Shown here one piece after another: positions 10,009-19,029 of a DNA stretch of 64,000 nucleotides. The DNA comes from Porphyridium purpureum. Taxonomy: Eukaryota. The stretch lies in the NCBI GenBank assembly GCA_008690995.1, contig VRMN01000002.1:1178001-1242000 (forward strand). Direction: 5' to 3'. Numbering within the stretch: position 1 is the first letter of the stretch; each line of letters opens with the position of its first letter. The notes under the pieces were generated by a model. That model did no database searches, was not told the DNA's origin, and saw only the letters and a list, made by a program, of their open reading frames with translations. The position numbers were made by a program, and so were the translations under genes.

Positions 10009-12675
10009 ATGCAGGGTCCCTCAGCGATGAGCGTGTCGGCGGGCGACGCGCATGGGAACGGTCATGCGCAGAATGGTCATGCCGCAATGCATGGGAACGG
10101 CAAGAGCGCGAAGATGGTGGAAGCGGAACTCGCAGGAGAGGGCGAGCCAGAAGGGTTCACCGATATGGATGTGCTCAAGGGAGAGGATGCGGACGCATTT
10201 TCCGTGCACTCGGGAGACGAGGGTCACTTCTCAGACGATGATGAAACTGCGGCATCTCTCTTGCTGGGCGACCAGTCCTTCACCCGGCTGGAAACCATTT
10301 CGGCGCGTGTCATCTCGAGGCTTGTGCTGATGGATAACTTTATATATTTGCTGGCTCTGATCTACACGCTGACTTTTATTGTTCTGCTGAACACGAAGCT
10401 GTCCAGTGAGTTTCCGCTCGGCGCAACGGGTGACTCGGTGACGGTAGCGAGGCTGGACCTCGATGGAAACAATGCGGCTCTTTACGTCGACATCGCGATC
10501 AAGCTTCTATGCTTTGGGATTTGTTTCGTCATGACCATCATTTTCACCGTGCGCGTCTTCAGACTTTCGTCAAAGCAGAGACAGTTTGAGCAGTTCTGGG
10601 TTATTTTCCTGGGATGGGCCGCATCGACCTATCTGATGCCGTACGAGTCGATCATCAGCTTGATAGACTTGACTCAGTTGGACAACTTTACTCGAAACCC
10701 ACTGGAAGAGCTCGAGCAAAATATTGTGTACGCTGTGCGCCTTTTTGCTTTCACCATGGCCACGGTTTTCTACATCTGGGGTACGGCTCATTCGTATCGA
10801 CTACTTCGGGGTCGGTTGACGTACGTCTTCTACGTCCCAAAGTTGCTCGTCGTCTACACGTATGTGGTGTTGCAAATGAGTGCTAACTTTGCTCTGGACA
10901 CGCAGGTATCGCCTGTGCCGTTTACCACCTTCTTTGCAATGTGCAAACAGCTGGCCCAGGGCAAGATTTTGGGCGAGACCATTTACCTGGACTATGCGGT
11001 CATTTACACCGTTGTCCTGACGGTATACGAGCTGCTCGTCGTGTTGTGGGTGGTCCGTGACATTGTGGTGACCCGCAAGGTGCTGAATCGTGTAAGCTAT
11101 GTGCGCTTCCGCACAAAGCAAATTGGATTCCGCTTCTTCCTGTATGACACGCTCACCTTTTACGGCATGTTCTGGTTGGTTTACTTCTTGCTGTGCGTCG
11201 CCGTGCCTGTGGGCACCCAGATTCTTTCATCTTTCGGCGGCCTCACGGCTTTCGACTCTCCCGTGATTCTCTATCGTGCCGATCCGGTGCTTGCTTCTAC
11301 GGACCTCATTCTTCTCGTGTACGTGTTGACCGAAATGTTTGTCAAATTGCCTGCGGATGCGCGCGGCATCAAGGGCTGGTTCAAGTCGCAGCCGCCAGCG
11401 CCCGCAGAGACGACCGACTCAAACATGCCGATTTCGTACCGCAAGCGCGAAAGCGTTTCATTTTCTGGTGTATTCGAAGATCTGGGTGCCAACACGTTTG
11501 TGATGCAAACGCATGTGATGCTTTTCAACTTTGCGTGGTATGTGTACTACCATGGCACTAAGAAAGCAGAGAACTTCAAGCTCGAGAAGGACACCTTTGA
11601 CTTTACGATCAGTAAGCTGATTCAGCATAAGGCGACAGACACAAACGCTATTGTTGTGGATGGCTCGGACCGCATCATCGTGTCGTTCAGAGGAACAACA
11701 TCGGCCAAGAACCTCAAAACTGATATTGCAATTAAGCTTCGGCGACTGGATGCAACGATTCCAACCGCGCGCGACGAAGCGCGCATTGGCTTTGCGGAGG
11801 ATCTGCAGTGGGTGTATGAGAACCCCTTGTACACCAAGGGCAGGTTGCATCAGGGTTTCAGTGAGGCGTACCAGGCCGTTGCCGAGGCCGTGCTTATCGA
11901 GGTGCGTGACTTGTACAAGGCCAAGCGCCGGCCAGTGTTCTTGACGGGTCACTCGCTTGGTGGATGCCTCGCCACACTCTGCAGCTTGGATTTGGCTCTT
12001 TCTCTAGGGCTTGGTAAGCGTGAGCTCTTTGTGTCGACCTTTGGCTCGCCGCGACTGGGCAATGCACAATTTCGTGAACTGTACAATCAGATTGTGCCAA
12101 TTCACTGGCGCTTTGCGTTGACTCCGGATTTGGTGACAAAGCTGCCCAAAATAGGGTACAAGCACTGCGGGAAAAAGGTGCTGGTGACCACGGGTGGGGA
12201 GCTCTTTCTCGACCCGAACGCGCTTGAACTCAAAATCTGGCACGGAGAGACGGCGAGTGTGCTGTATCATCGAAAGGCCAGTTATCTGCTTGCGATTCGT
12301 GGCTGGTGCGAGCTGCATCACGGCGACGAGTACGTTCCGCCTTTCTGGGCTTGGCCCGTGGGACCTGAAGATTCGAAACGTTTTGAGTCGCTTGGGCAGC
12401 GAAGCTCAAACTCATCCGTTCGCTCCCGAAGCACAGCAAGTAAGAAGAGTCACACGGATCAGTACCGGCTCTTGGCGCGCGACTCGCTTCTGAACAAGCT
12501 TGATGGCAATGCGGCGTATGGTGCACCGGTTGCCGCACCAAAGCAGGACGACGTGTTTGATCAGTGGGCGCGTCTTACGCGACGACTATTGATTACGGGG
12601 ATGCCGAGTGCTTCAGGCGAGACGAAACGCGAAAAGAAATCGCCGAGAGCGTCACCGAGGAATGCGCCTAGATAG
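10009..12675 (+). CDS. Multi-pass membrane protein with a C-terminal class 3 lipase domain
   Basis: About 8 TM segments in aa ~105-445; lipase_3 motifs IIVSFRGT, HQGF, LTGHSLGG, TFGSPRLGN, DLVTKLP and YKHCG. Confidence 0.88.
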   Translation: MQGPSAMSVSAGDAHGNGHAQNGHAAMHGNGKSAKMVEAELAGEGEPEGFTDMDVLKGEDADAFSVHSGDEGHFSDDDETAASLLLGDQSFTRLETISARVISRLVLMDNFIYLLALIYTLTFIVLLNTKLSSEFPLGATGDSVTVARLDLDGNNAALYVDIAIKLLCFGICFVMTIIFTVRVFRLSSKQRQFEQFWVIFLGWAASTYLMPYESIISLIDLTQLDNFTRNPLEELEQNIVYAVRLFAFTMATVFYIWGTAHSYRLLRGRLTYVFYVPKLLVVYTYVVLQMSANFALDTQVSPVPFTTFFAMCKQLAQGKILGETIYLDYAVIYTVVLTVYELLVVLWVVRDIVVTRKVLNRVSYVRFRTKQIGFRFFLYDTLTFYGMFWLVYFLLCVAVPVGTQILSSFGGLTAFDSPVILYRADPVLASTDLILLVYVLTEMFVKLPADARGIKGWFKSQPPAPAETTDSNMPISYRKRESVSFSGVFEDLGANTFVMQTHVMLFNFAWYVYYHGTKKAENFKLEKDTFDFTISKLIQHKATDTNAIVVDGSDRIIVSFRGTTSAKNLKTDIAIKLRRLDATIPTARDEARIGFAEDLQWVYENPLYTKGRLHQGFSEAYQAVAEAVLIEVRDLYKAKRRPVFLTGHSLGGCLATLCSLDLALSLGLGKRELFVSTFGSPRLGNAQFRELYNQIVPIHWRFALTPDLVTKLPKIGYKHCGKKVLVTTGGELFLDPNALELKIWHGETASVLYHRKASYLLAIRGWCELHHGDEYVPPFWAWPVGPEDSKRFESLGQRSSNSSVRSRSTASKKSHTDQYRLLARDSLLNKLDGNAAYGAPVAAPKQDDVFDQWARLTRRLLITGMPSASGETKREKKSPRASPRNAPR

Positions 12676-12749
12676 GAGAAAAGAATGAAACCTTGGATTC
12701 ATCGTGCGTATAATTGGTCGTCGAGTCATGTTTCTACACGGAATGCTTA

Positions 12750-14186
12750 TCACTTTGGAATACGTTCTAACGCAGCAAGAATCTGCTGGACAGCTTGTCT
12801 TGCGGCAGACCGTGCAGAGAGGTCGCCTGTTCGGACGTGCATTTCGGCTCCCTTCAAAATCTGTTGCAGAGAGGTCGACGAGTGCGATGGCAGGCTGCGC
12901 CTAAGCTCGACTGCAAGTTCATTCCAAAATGCTGCAACTAGGCTCGAATGGTGGGATGTGTCCTCCGACTCGTCAGTGTCCTTCTGGAAAGTGGTCTTTG
13001 CCTTCCGCGCCGTGGTGGCCATCTCAAGAATTTCGGGCCATAGCGTCTCTGGGGTGTAGATGTTGTCATCTGTGTATCCTGGTGCTGCAGAATCATGCAC
13101 GCTGGAGCTGCTCAAGAGCACGCGCTTTTTGGCATATACATGCTTACTGAGCATGGCCAAGGCGCTCTCGTACATATGCCGAGTATGTGACGCTTCGCGC
13201 ACGTGGTCACCATCGGCCTTATTCACGATAACCATATCCACGAGCTCCAAAAGACCACGCTTGGATGCCTGCAATTCGTCACCACTGTTGAAGCTCACCA
13301 GAAGGAGTAGCACATCCACAATATCAGCGACAAAGGCTTCACTCTGCCCCACACCCACGGTCTCAACGAGAATGGTGCCGTAACCAGCAAGCTCGGCCAC
13401 CTGGATAAGGTCTGCTGTGGACGGAGCCAGCCCGCCATACGCGCCTCGAGACGCGGAGGCACGAACAAATGCGCGCGGGTGTGTTGCCAGCTCGGGCATT
13501 CGAGCAACATCACCAAGAATGGCGCCGTGTGTCCGTGGGCTTGACGGATCGACGGCCAAAACACACACAGAGTTCCAGCCAGAGTCAGACTCGGGTCCCT
13601 GGTCCTGTCCGTCGAACCGAGAGTCCAAGGCAAGAATGTGCATCGCGAGACGCTGAATGAAGCACGACTTGCCTGTCGCGGACACATTAGCCCATGCCGC
13701 ACGCAAACACCAGTCGGACAATTCTAGTTAATACTGAACCAGCTGAACCAAGACAAACCTGCCGAGGGCGCATTACGTACCAGCGACATGTCAAGTTTGA
13801 AGAGTGAAAGGGAGAGACTTCCTCGAAACTGAGACCACTCCAAACGTACCCACGCCAGGCGTACCGCTGACGCCAATCTTGAGCGCTCGGTTCGGCCGGC
13901 GCAAGCTCGCGTGCGTTTCTCGCAGCTGTTGCATAAGCGCTTGCGCGCGCGCCAAGTGCTCAGGATGATCTGACTCCATCAGCGTCATCGCTTGCGCCAC
14001 AGCGCGAGGCACGCGCCGCATCACGCGCGCAGCCAACTCCTGCATTTCCAGTCTCTCTCTCTCTCTCTCTCTGCCTCTCTGCCTCTCTGCCTCTCTCTGC
14101 CTCTCTGCCTCTCTGCCGCTCTCTCCTCTCCTCTCTCCTCTCCTGTTCCCTCCTCGCCACCTTGCACACACCCGCCATAATCTCAT
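12750..14186 (-). CDS. MMAA: MMAA/MeaB (ArgK) methylmalonyl-CoA mutase-associated GTPase, two exons (14186-13850, 13672-12750)
   Basis: Splicing rebuilds Walker A GTPGVG/KS; LAVDPSS, ILGD..RM, ETVGVGQSE, GDELQ..KRG and VNKADGD motifs. The start is either the ATG at 14186 (Arg-rich, presequence-like) or the ATG at 14045. Confidence 0.9.
13673..13849 (-). other. Spliceosomal intron (177 nt) in MMAA
   Basis: 5' GTACGT donor; CTAAT branch-like site shortly before a CAG acceptor; removal fuses G|GC AAG TCG and restores the P-loop. Confidence 0.88.
14052..14143. repeat. CT-rich microsatellite, (CT)n/(CTCTCTGC)n
   Basis: Direct reading; encodes the REAERQ/RERE tract if the MMAA start at 14186 is used. 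Confidence 0.9.
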
Positions 14187-14267
14187 GTGACTGTACTTGT
14201 AGTACAAATCTCTGCCGCTTCATTTTTGAACGTGAAACATTTCAACCACCATGTACTTAAATAATGA

Positions 14268-14630
14268 TGTGATGACATCGCTGTACGCCCCAACGGCGAG
14301 ACCGGCAGCGGTTCGGTCCTTGTCACCAGGGCGCCGCAACCGGTCGGGCTGGATGGAGACGCTCCGTTGGGGCAGCTAGTTCGCCCGACGGCGAAGACGC
14401 GGGAGGGGGCGCGACCCCTCACCTCCACTCGGGCGACCCCTCCGCAGGGCCGTGCCCGCACGGCAGAAGCGAAGTGCAGTCCAGCGGCTCTATTTAAGCG
14501 CCAGCCTCCTCTCGCCTGGCGACTCGGCACCACTTAGAGATAGGGCTTAGAGGTAAGGTCTTTCGGTTTAGTAAAAGAGAATGGCCTTCTACTACAATCC
14601 GCACCACGGCGCTGCCTCTACCTCTCATGA
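14268..14630 (+). repeat. 5' LTR (TGTGATG...CTCATGA)
   Basis: No differences from 18667-19029 seen by eye; TATA-like TATTTAAG at 14491-14498; AGTAAA poly(A)-signal-like hexamer at 14570-14575. Confidence 0.95.
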
Positions 14631-17600
14631 GGTTATGAGCCCAGCCTATGTGCTGCGGGCAGACTGCGCCAATTACCCCACGTGGAGTATCAGGATGAAA
14701 CTGATGCTTTGCCAGAAAGAGGTTTGGGGAGTCGTCGGGGGTGGGATTTCTGTGGAGTCGGACGGGTTTTCTATCAAGGATGAGAAAGCTAAAGGGCTTA
14801 TCGGGGCCCTGGTTGATGAGATGCTGATGCACGTGGTTGCCGACGCGGGCTCATCTAAAGAGGCATGGGAGCGGCTTGAAGGTATGTCCAAGTCGGCAGC
14901 GCCAACATACGAGCGCGAGCTCCGCAGGAACTTGGCAAACTTTGGTGAGCATGCTGGGAAAGCAGTAGGGGAACTGCTTGGTCTGATGACAATGCTCCGC
15001 CGGGAGCTCGGCGCTCTGGGAGTCGAATTGTCTGAGCCTGAATATGTCCATGCCTTATTCGAGGCGCTTCCGGACGATTTTGCAGCCGCTGAACAAGCAT
15101 GGATTGCTGGTGGTGGAGTGGCTGGAATTGAGAGCATTCAGTCGATGCTGCTCGCGATCGAGCGCCAGGTAGGCAGGCGCAAGGGTGCCGCGATCGGGGG
15201 CGCACACGAACGGTCGCTCTTCGCGGGGCAGACGGATGCCCAGCGCTCGAATGTAAGGCGGGCGAAGTTCGACGGCTCTTGCTGGGACTGTGGAAAATCC
15301 GGGCATACGCGCCGGAACTGCACTCGTCGAGCGCGCGGCAATGCGACAGCCACAGAGGAAGAGGGAGGCACCAAGTCGAACGAGATTGCTATGTTTGCGC
15401 TAAACACCGTAAAGCGTTCGTACGCTGACGCTGTACGCGGGGGCAAGAGGCTTTGGATTCTTGATTCCGGTGCCTCTGCGCACATGACGGGGTGTGTGCA
15501 ACTGCTCTCGAACGTTCGACCATGCAATCATAAGATAAGGACCGCGAACAATGGCGAGATGGAGGCTACAGCAGCCGGAGACGCGCAGGTTGAAGGCCTA
15601 CATCTCCGCAATGTCCTTTATGTTCCAGGACTAGCGCTGGATCTGATATCAATCCCGAAGTTGGCGGCTGAAGGTGCCAAGGTAATGTTCGAAGAAGGAA
15701 AGTGCCTGGTCGAGGACAAGGGCGAGACGACTGTGAGCACACTACGCGACGGGTTATATGCACTGTCTGCCAAGGATCATTCGCCGATGTCAGCGGGCGG
15801 GATCAGCAGCCAGCTGCTGCATGAGAGGCTATGCCATCCGTACGATAGATCTCTGCCATGTGAGATATGCATACTGGCAAAGAGCACAAGGCGTTCATTT
15901 CCGCCAAACGATAGTCGTGCTTCAGTGCCTCTTGAAGTCCTACACTCTGATGTTCTCGAAGTGACTCCGCGAGGCGCGAAAGGAGAACGTTACTTGGTAA
16001 CTCTGGTGGACGATGCCACAGGATTGTCAGCTTGCACTCCCATTCACCGGAAAAGTCAGACCGGTGCTGTACTAATGGCTATGGTATCAATGATGGAGAC
16101 AGCTTGCAAGCAACAGACGAAGACTCTCCGCACAGACAGGGGTACGGAGTACATGAACTTCGCGGTGCGAGAGTGGGCAGCGGCGCGTGATATATCTTTG
16201 AGACCGAGCCCTGCTTACGTCCCAGAAATGAATGGACGTGCTGAACGTTTCAACAGAACCCTCCTCGAAAAGGTACGGGCGGTTGTTCTCGCCAAGAACA
16301 TCAGTAAGGACCTTTGGCCGGAGTTAGCTCCGGCGGTATGCTACGTGCTAAACCGTTCAATGAACTCACGAGGACAGATTCCTATTGCGGTTGCCTGTGG
16401 CGAATCCAGCAGCACCGAGCATTTGCGCGTGCTTGGGTCACCGGCCTACGTCTTTGAGCCAGGACCAGAGAAACTTGATGCCCGCGCCCAGAAAGGGGTG
16501 TTGGTAGGGTACGGAAAGCGACATAAAGTGTATCGCATTCTCTTGAATGGCAGCGTGAGGGAGGTCACCAACGTGCGCATCCAAGAGAAAGAGCGCTTCG
16601 CAGAAACAATGGTCGGTCCTCCCGGCATTGATATACTCAGCGACGAGTCTGAGCCGTTGCACGAGGAGACTAATGGCAATCAAACGTCGCAGATCGAGGA
16701 GGGACCGCATACTGTTGAAAGAGAAGATGTAGAGCCTGCAACGAACGAGTGGACCTTTGAGGAAGATCTATCACTTGCGTCCGGCCTGCACGCGCTTGGC
16801 TGGGGAGAATGGAATAGGATTGTGGCGCGCGATGAGTTAAGGGGCCGCAGCGCTATCGATGCAGAAAGACGTGCCGAAGTGCTCGGCATCACGCACGATA
16901 ACGCGGCTGAGATACTCAACGATCTGTTCCCAGGGCAAAGTGCATTAGTAGCAGAACTGATCACGGACAAGATCACGTTGAACTCTAAGGCGGCAAGCCA
17001 GGCCGTGAAACGTGAGCTAGACGCTGTGATGTCCATGCACGTCTTTGATCCAAAGAAAGTGGTAGAGTTCCGTGAAGCAAGTACCGACCCGAGCGCTCAA
17101 TTCGTGCGCGGAAAGATGATAGTCGCACGCAAGAATGTTGAACAGGATACATCGCAACAGCTACTTAAAGCTCGTTTGGTTGCACAAGGGTGTGTTCTTT
17201 TTAATGGCAGTGGGCACCTCGTTCGAGACGACGATTTTCAGTACGAGCGACCAATCGGACTCCGCTCATCGCGGTATGTGCTCGCTCATGGCAGAGCGGC
17301 AGGAGATCTTGCTAAGTTCGATGTCGATTCTGCGTATCTCTCGGCAGACTTACGCGGCCCGCGCACATATCTTGAGCTGCCTGAAAGCGTGCGACCGGAT
17401 GCCTGGGCAGGATTTGAGCGGCCAGTCGTTCCATTGCAGAAAGCATTGCCCGGACTGCCGCGTTCCGGCGCAGACTTCGGCGCGGAGGCTAGACGCCGAC
17501 TCACCGAACGCGGTTGGCATCAAACGCAGAGCGATATGAACCTTTACCACAAGGTTTTCGAAAGCGCCGACGTCCTGCTCGCGTTGTACGTAGATGACGG

Positions 17601-18936
17601 CCTCTTGGCAGGTGACATTTCGGCATTGGGCTTCGCCATACAAGAAATGCTCGAGCTTTTTAAAATCTCAAAGCCGGTACAGCGTATATCCGAGAACGGC
17701 AGGGTGGATTTTTTGGGAATGCGCGTGCGCGCAGAAAATCAAAACGAGTGGGTTCTGGACAGTGCCGACTACTGCGCACTTTTCGTTAAGGACGCCATGA
17801 AAAAGCTCGGATACAAGGAAGTAGGCAAACATCGCATCGCTCGGAAGGTGCATACCCCACTTCATGATGAGGTGGTGGAACCCGCGACTGCTTCTGACTC
17901 AACATGCTGCGAGCCATGGGTGCGGAGTTTGATTGGGCAACTGATGTGGCTGGCCAGAGCAGGGCGCCCAGATGTTGCGCACGCCGCGGCATGGATTGCT
18001 AGACACGTCGACGCGTGGAACGATGCAGCTGCAATGGCTCTTGACCGTACCGTGCGTTACCTAGCCTGGCATACGAATCTCGGAATCCCGTTCAAGCGGC
18101 CACAGGTAACGACGAAGCAGGGCCTTTCGATGGCGCAAGTGGATGCTTATAGCGACGCAGATTACGCGGGCTGCTTGAAAACTCGGAAGTCAACCTCTGG
18201 GTTCCTGGTATTTGCGCGGGTGGGTGAAGTGGATTATCTGATTGATTGGCATTCGAGCCGACAGCGAGCTTGCAGCACAAGTACCACAGAATCCGAACTC
18301 GCGGCATTAACGCACACTGTAAAACTGGGTGTGATGCCGATTCTGCTTCTCCAAGAGCATATGCGAAAACAAGCAAGAGAATCATGCCATGCAAAGCCGC
18401 TCACCCCGATCGTTCGATGCGACAACGAAGCCGCGGTCGCGAGCGTGAAGAAGGGATGGTCCGACAAGCTCCTGCACATGACAAAGACGCACGGCGTCGA
18501 ACTCGCATGGCTTCATGAGCTCACAGAGCAGACCAAGAATCTCTTGTTGATGAGAGTAGGAACCAAGCAAAATACCGCGGATATGATGACAAAGGCGCTG
18601 AGCGCAGACAAATTTGGTCTTCATCGAGGACGAATCCTGTGTGTTGCGGCGTCCAGCGAGGGGGCGTGTGATGACATCGCTGTACGCCCCAACGGCGAGA
18701 CCGGCAGCGGTTCGGTCCTTGTCACCAGGGCGCCGCAACCGGTCGGGCTGGATGGAGACGCTCCGTTGGGGCAGCTAGTTCGCCCGACGGCGAAGACGCG
18801 GGAGGGGGCGCGACCCCTCACCTCCACTCGGGCGACCCCTCCGCAGGGCCGTGCCCGCACGGCAGAAGCGAAGTGCAGTCCAGCGGCTCTATTTAAGCGC
18901 CAGCCTCCTCTCGCCTGGCGACTCGGCACCACTTAG
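14581..18936 (+). CDS. Copia Gag-Pol polyprotein (1451 aa)
   Basis: Gag NYPTWSIRM; zinc knuckle CWDCGKSGHTRRNC; protease WILDSGASAHM; integrase HSDV/TDRGTEY/NGRAERFNRTL; RT KARLVAQG and YVDD; RNase H YSDADYAG, STTESE, DNEAA and ADMMTKAL. Confidence 0.96.
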   Translation: MAFYYNPHHGAASTSHEVMSPAYVLRADCANYPTWSIRMKLMLCQKEVWGVVGGGISVESDGFSIKDEKAKGLIGALVDEMLMHVVADAGSSKEAWERLEGMSKSAAPTYERELRRNLANFGEHAGKAVGELLGLMTMLRRELGALGVELSEPEYVHALFEALPDDFAAAEQAWIAGGGVAGIESIQSMLLAIERQVGRRKGAAIGGAHERSLFAGQTDAQRSNVRRAKFDGSCWDCGKSGHTRRNCTRRARGNATATEEEGGTKSNEIAMFALNTVKRSYADAVRGGKRLWILDSGASAHMTGCVQLLSNVRPCNHKIRTANNGEMEATAAGDAQVEGLHLRNVLYVPGLALDLISIPKLAAEGAKVMFEEGKCLVEDKGETTVSTLRDGLYALSAKDHSPMSAGGISSQLLHERLCHPYDRSLPCEICILAKSTRRSFPPNDSRASVPLEVLHSDVLEVTPRGAKGERYLVTLVDDATGLSACTPIHRKSQTGAVLMAMVSMMETACKQQTKTLRTDRGTEYMNFAVREWAAARDISLRPSPAYVPEMNGRAERFNRTLLEKVRAVVLAKNISKDLWPELAPAVCYVLNRSMNSRGQIPIAVACGESSSTEHLRVLGSPAYVFEPGPEKLDARAQKGVLVGYGKRHKVYRILLNGSVREVTNVRIQEKERFAETMVGPPGIDILSDESEPLHEETNGNQTSQIEEGPHTVEREDVEPATNEWTFEEDLSLASGLHALGWGEWNRIVARDELRGRSAIDAERRAEVLGITHDNAAEILNDLFPGQSALVAELITDKITLNSKAASQAVKRELDAVMSMHVFDPKKVVEFREASTDPSAQFVRGKMIVARKNVEQDTSQQLLKARLVAQGCVLFNGSGHLVRDDDFQYERPIGLRSSRYVLAHGRAAGDLAKFDVDSAYLSADLRGPRTYLELPESVRPDAWAGFERPVVPLQKALPGLPRSGADFGAEARRRLTERGWHQTQSDMNLYHKVFESADVLLALYVDDGLLAGDISALGFAIQEMLELFKISKPVQRISENGRVDFLGMRVRAENQNEWVLDSADYCALFVKDAMKKLGYKEVGKHRIARKVHTPLHDEVVEPATASDSTCCEPWVRSLIGQLMWLARAGRPDVAHAAAWIARHVDAWNDAAAMALDRTVRYLAWHTNLGIPFKRPQVTTKQGLSMAQVDAYSDADYAGCLKTRKSTSGFLVFARVGEVDYLIDWHSSRQRACSTSTTESELAALTHTVKLGVMPILLLQEHMRKQARESCHAKPLTPIVRCDNEAAVASVKKGWSDKLLHMTKTHGVELAWLHELTEQTKNLLLMRVGTKQNTADMMTKALSADKFGLHRGRILCVAASSEGACDDIAVRPNGETGSGSVLVTRAPQPVGLDGDAPLGQLVRPTAKTREGARPLTSTRATPPQGRARTAEAKCSPAALFKRQPPLAWRLGTT
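14631..14645 (+). promoter_or_regulatory. Primer binding site complementary to the anticodon arm of initiator tRNA-Met (half-tRNA priming)
   Basis: GGTTATGAGCCCAGC immediately follows the LTR; it matches the GGTTATG(A/G)GCCC PBS type of Ty5 and Drosophila copia. Confidence 0.85.
18658..18666 (+). promoter_or_regulatory. Polypurine tract
   Basis: GAGGGGGCG lies directly 5' of the 3' LTR. Confidence 0.7.
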
Positions 18937-19029
18937 AGATAGGGCTTAGAGGTAAGGTCTTTCGGTTTAGTAAAAGAGAATGGCCTTCTACTACAATCCG
19001 CACCACGGCGCTGCCTCTACCTCTCATGA
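18667..19029 (+). repeat. 3' LTR
   Basis: Direct repeat of 14268-14630 (offset 4399), followed by AATGA. Confidence 0.95.

Larger units (their letters stand above)
14268..19029 (+). mobile_element. Full-length Ty1/copia LTR retrotransposon (4762 bp) with 5-bp TSD AATGA (14263-14267; 19030-19034)
   Basis: Two 363-bp direct repeats, PBS, PPT, a single gag-PR-IN-RT-RH ORF in copia order, and a perfect TSD. Confidence 0.97.

Noticed and set aside
12750..13721. MMAA as a truncated gene or pseudogene lacking a P-loop
   Set aside because: A GT-AG intron at 13849-13673 restores the complete Walker A motif.
14183..14533. 116-aa minus-strand ORF duplicated at 18621-18932
   Set aside because: Antisense reading of the GC-rich LTR; the duplication is explained by the LTRs and there is no protein motif.
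19021..19026. Canonical CA end for the LTR at 19026/14627
   Set aside because: LTR identity continues 3 more bases, and the TSD matches only with the end at 19029.
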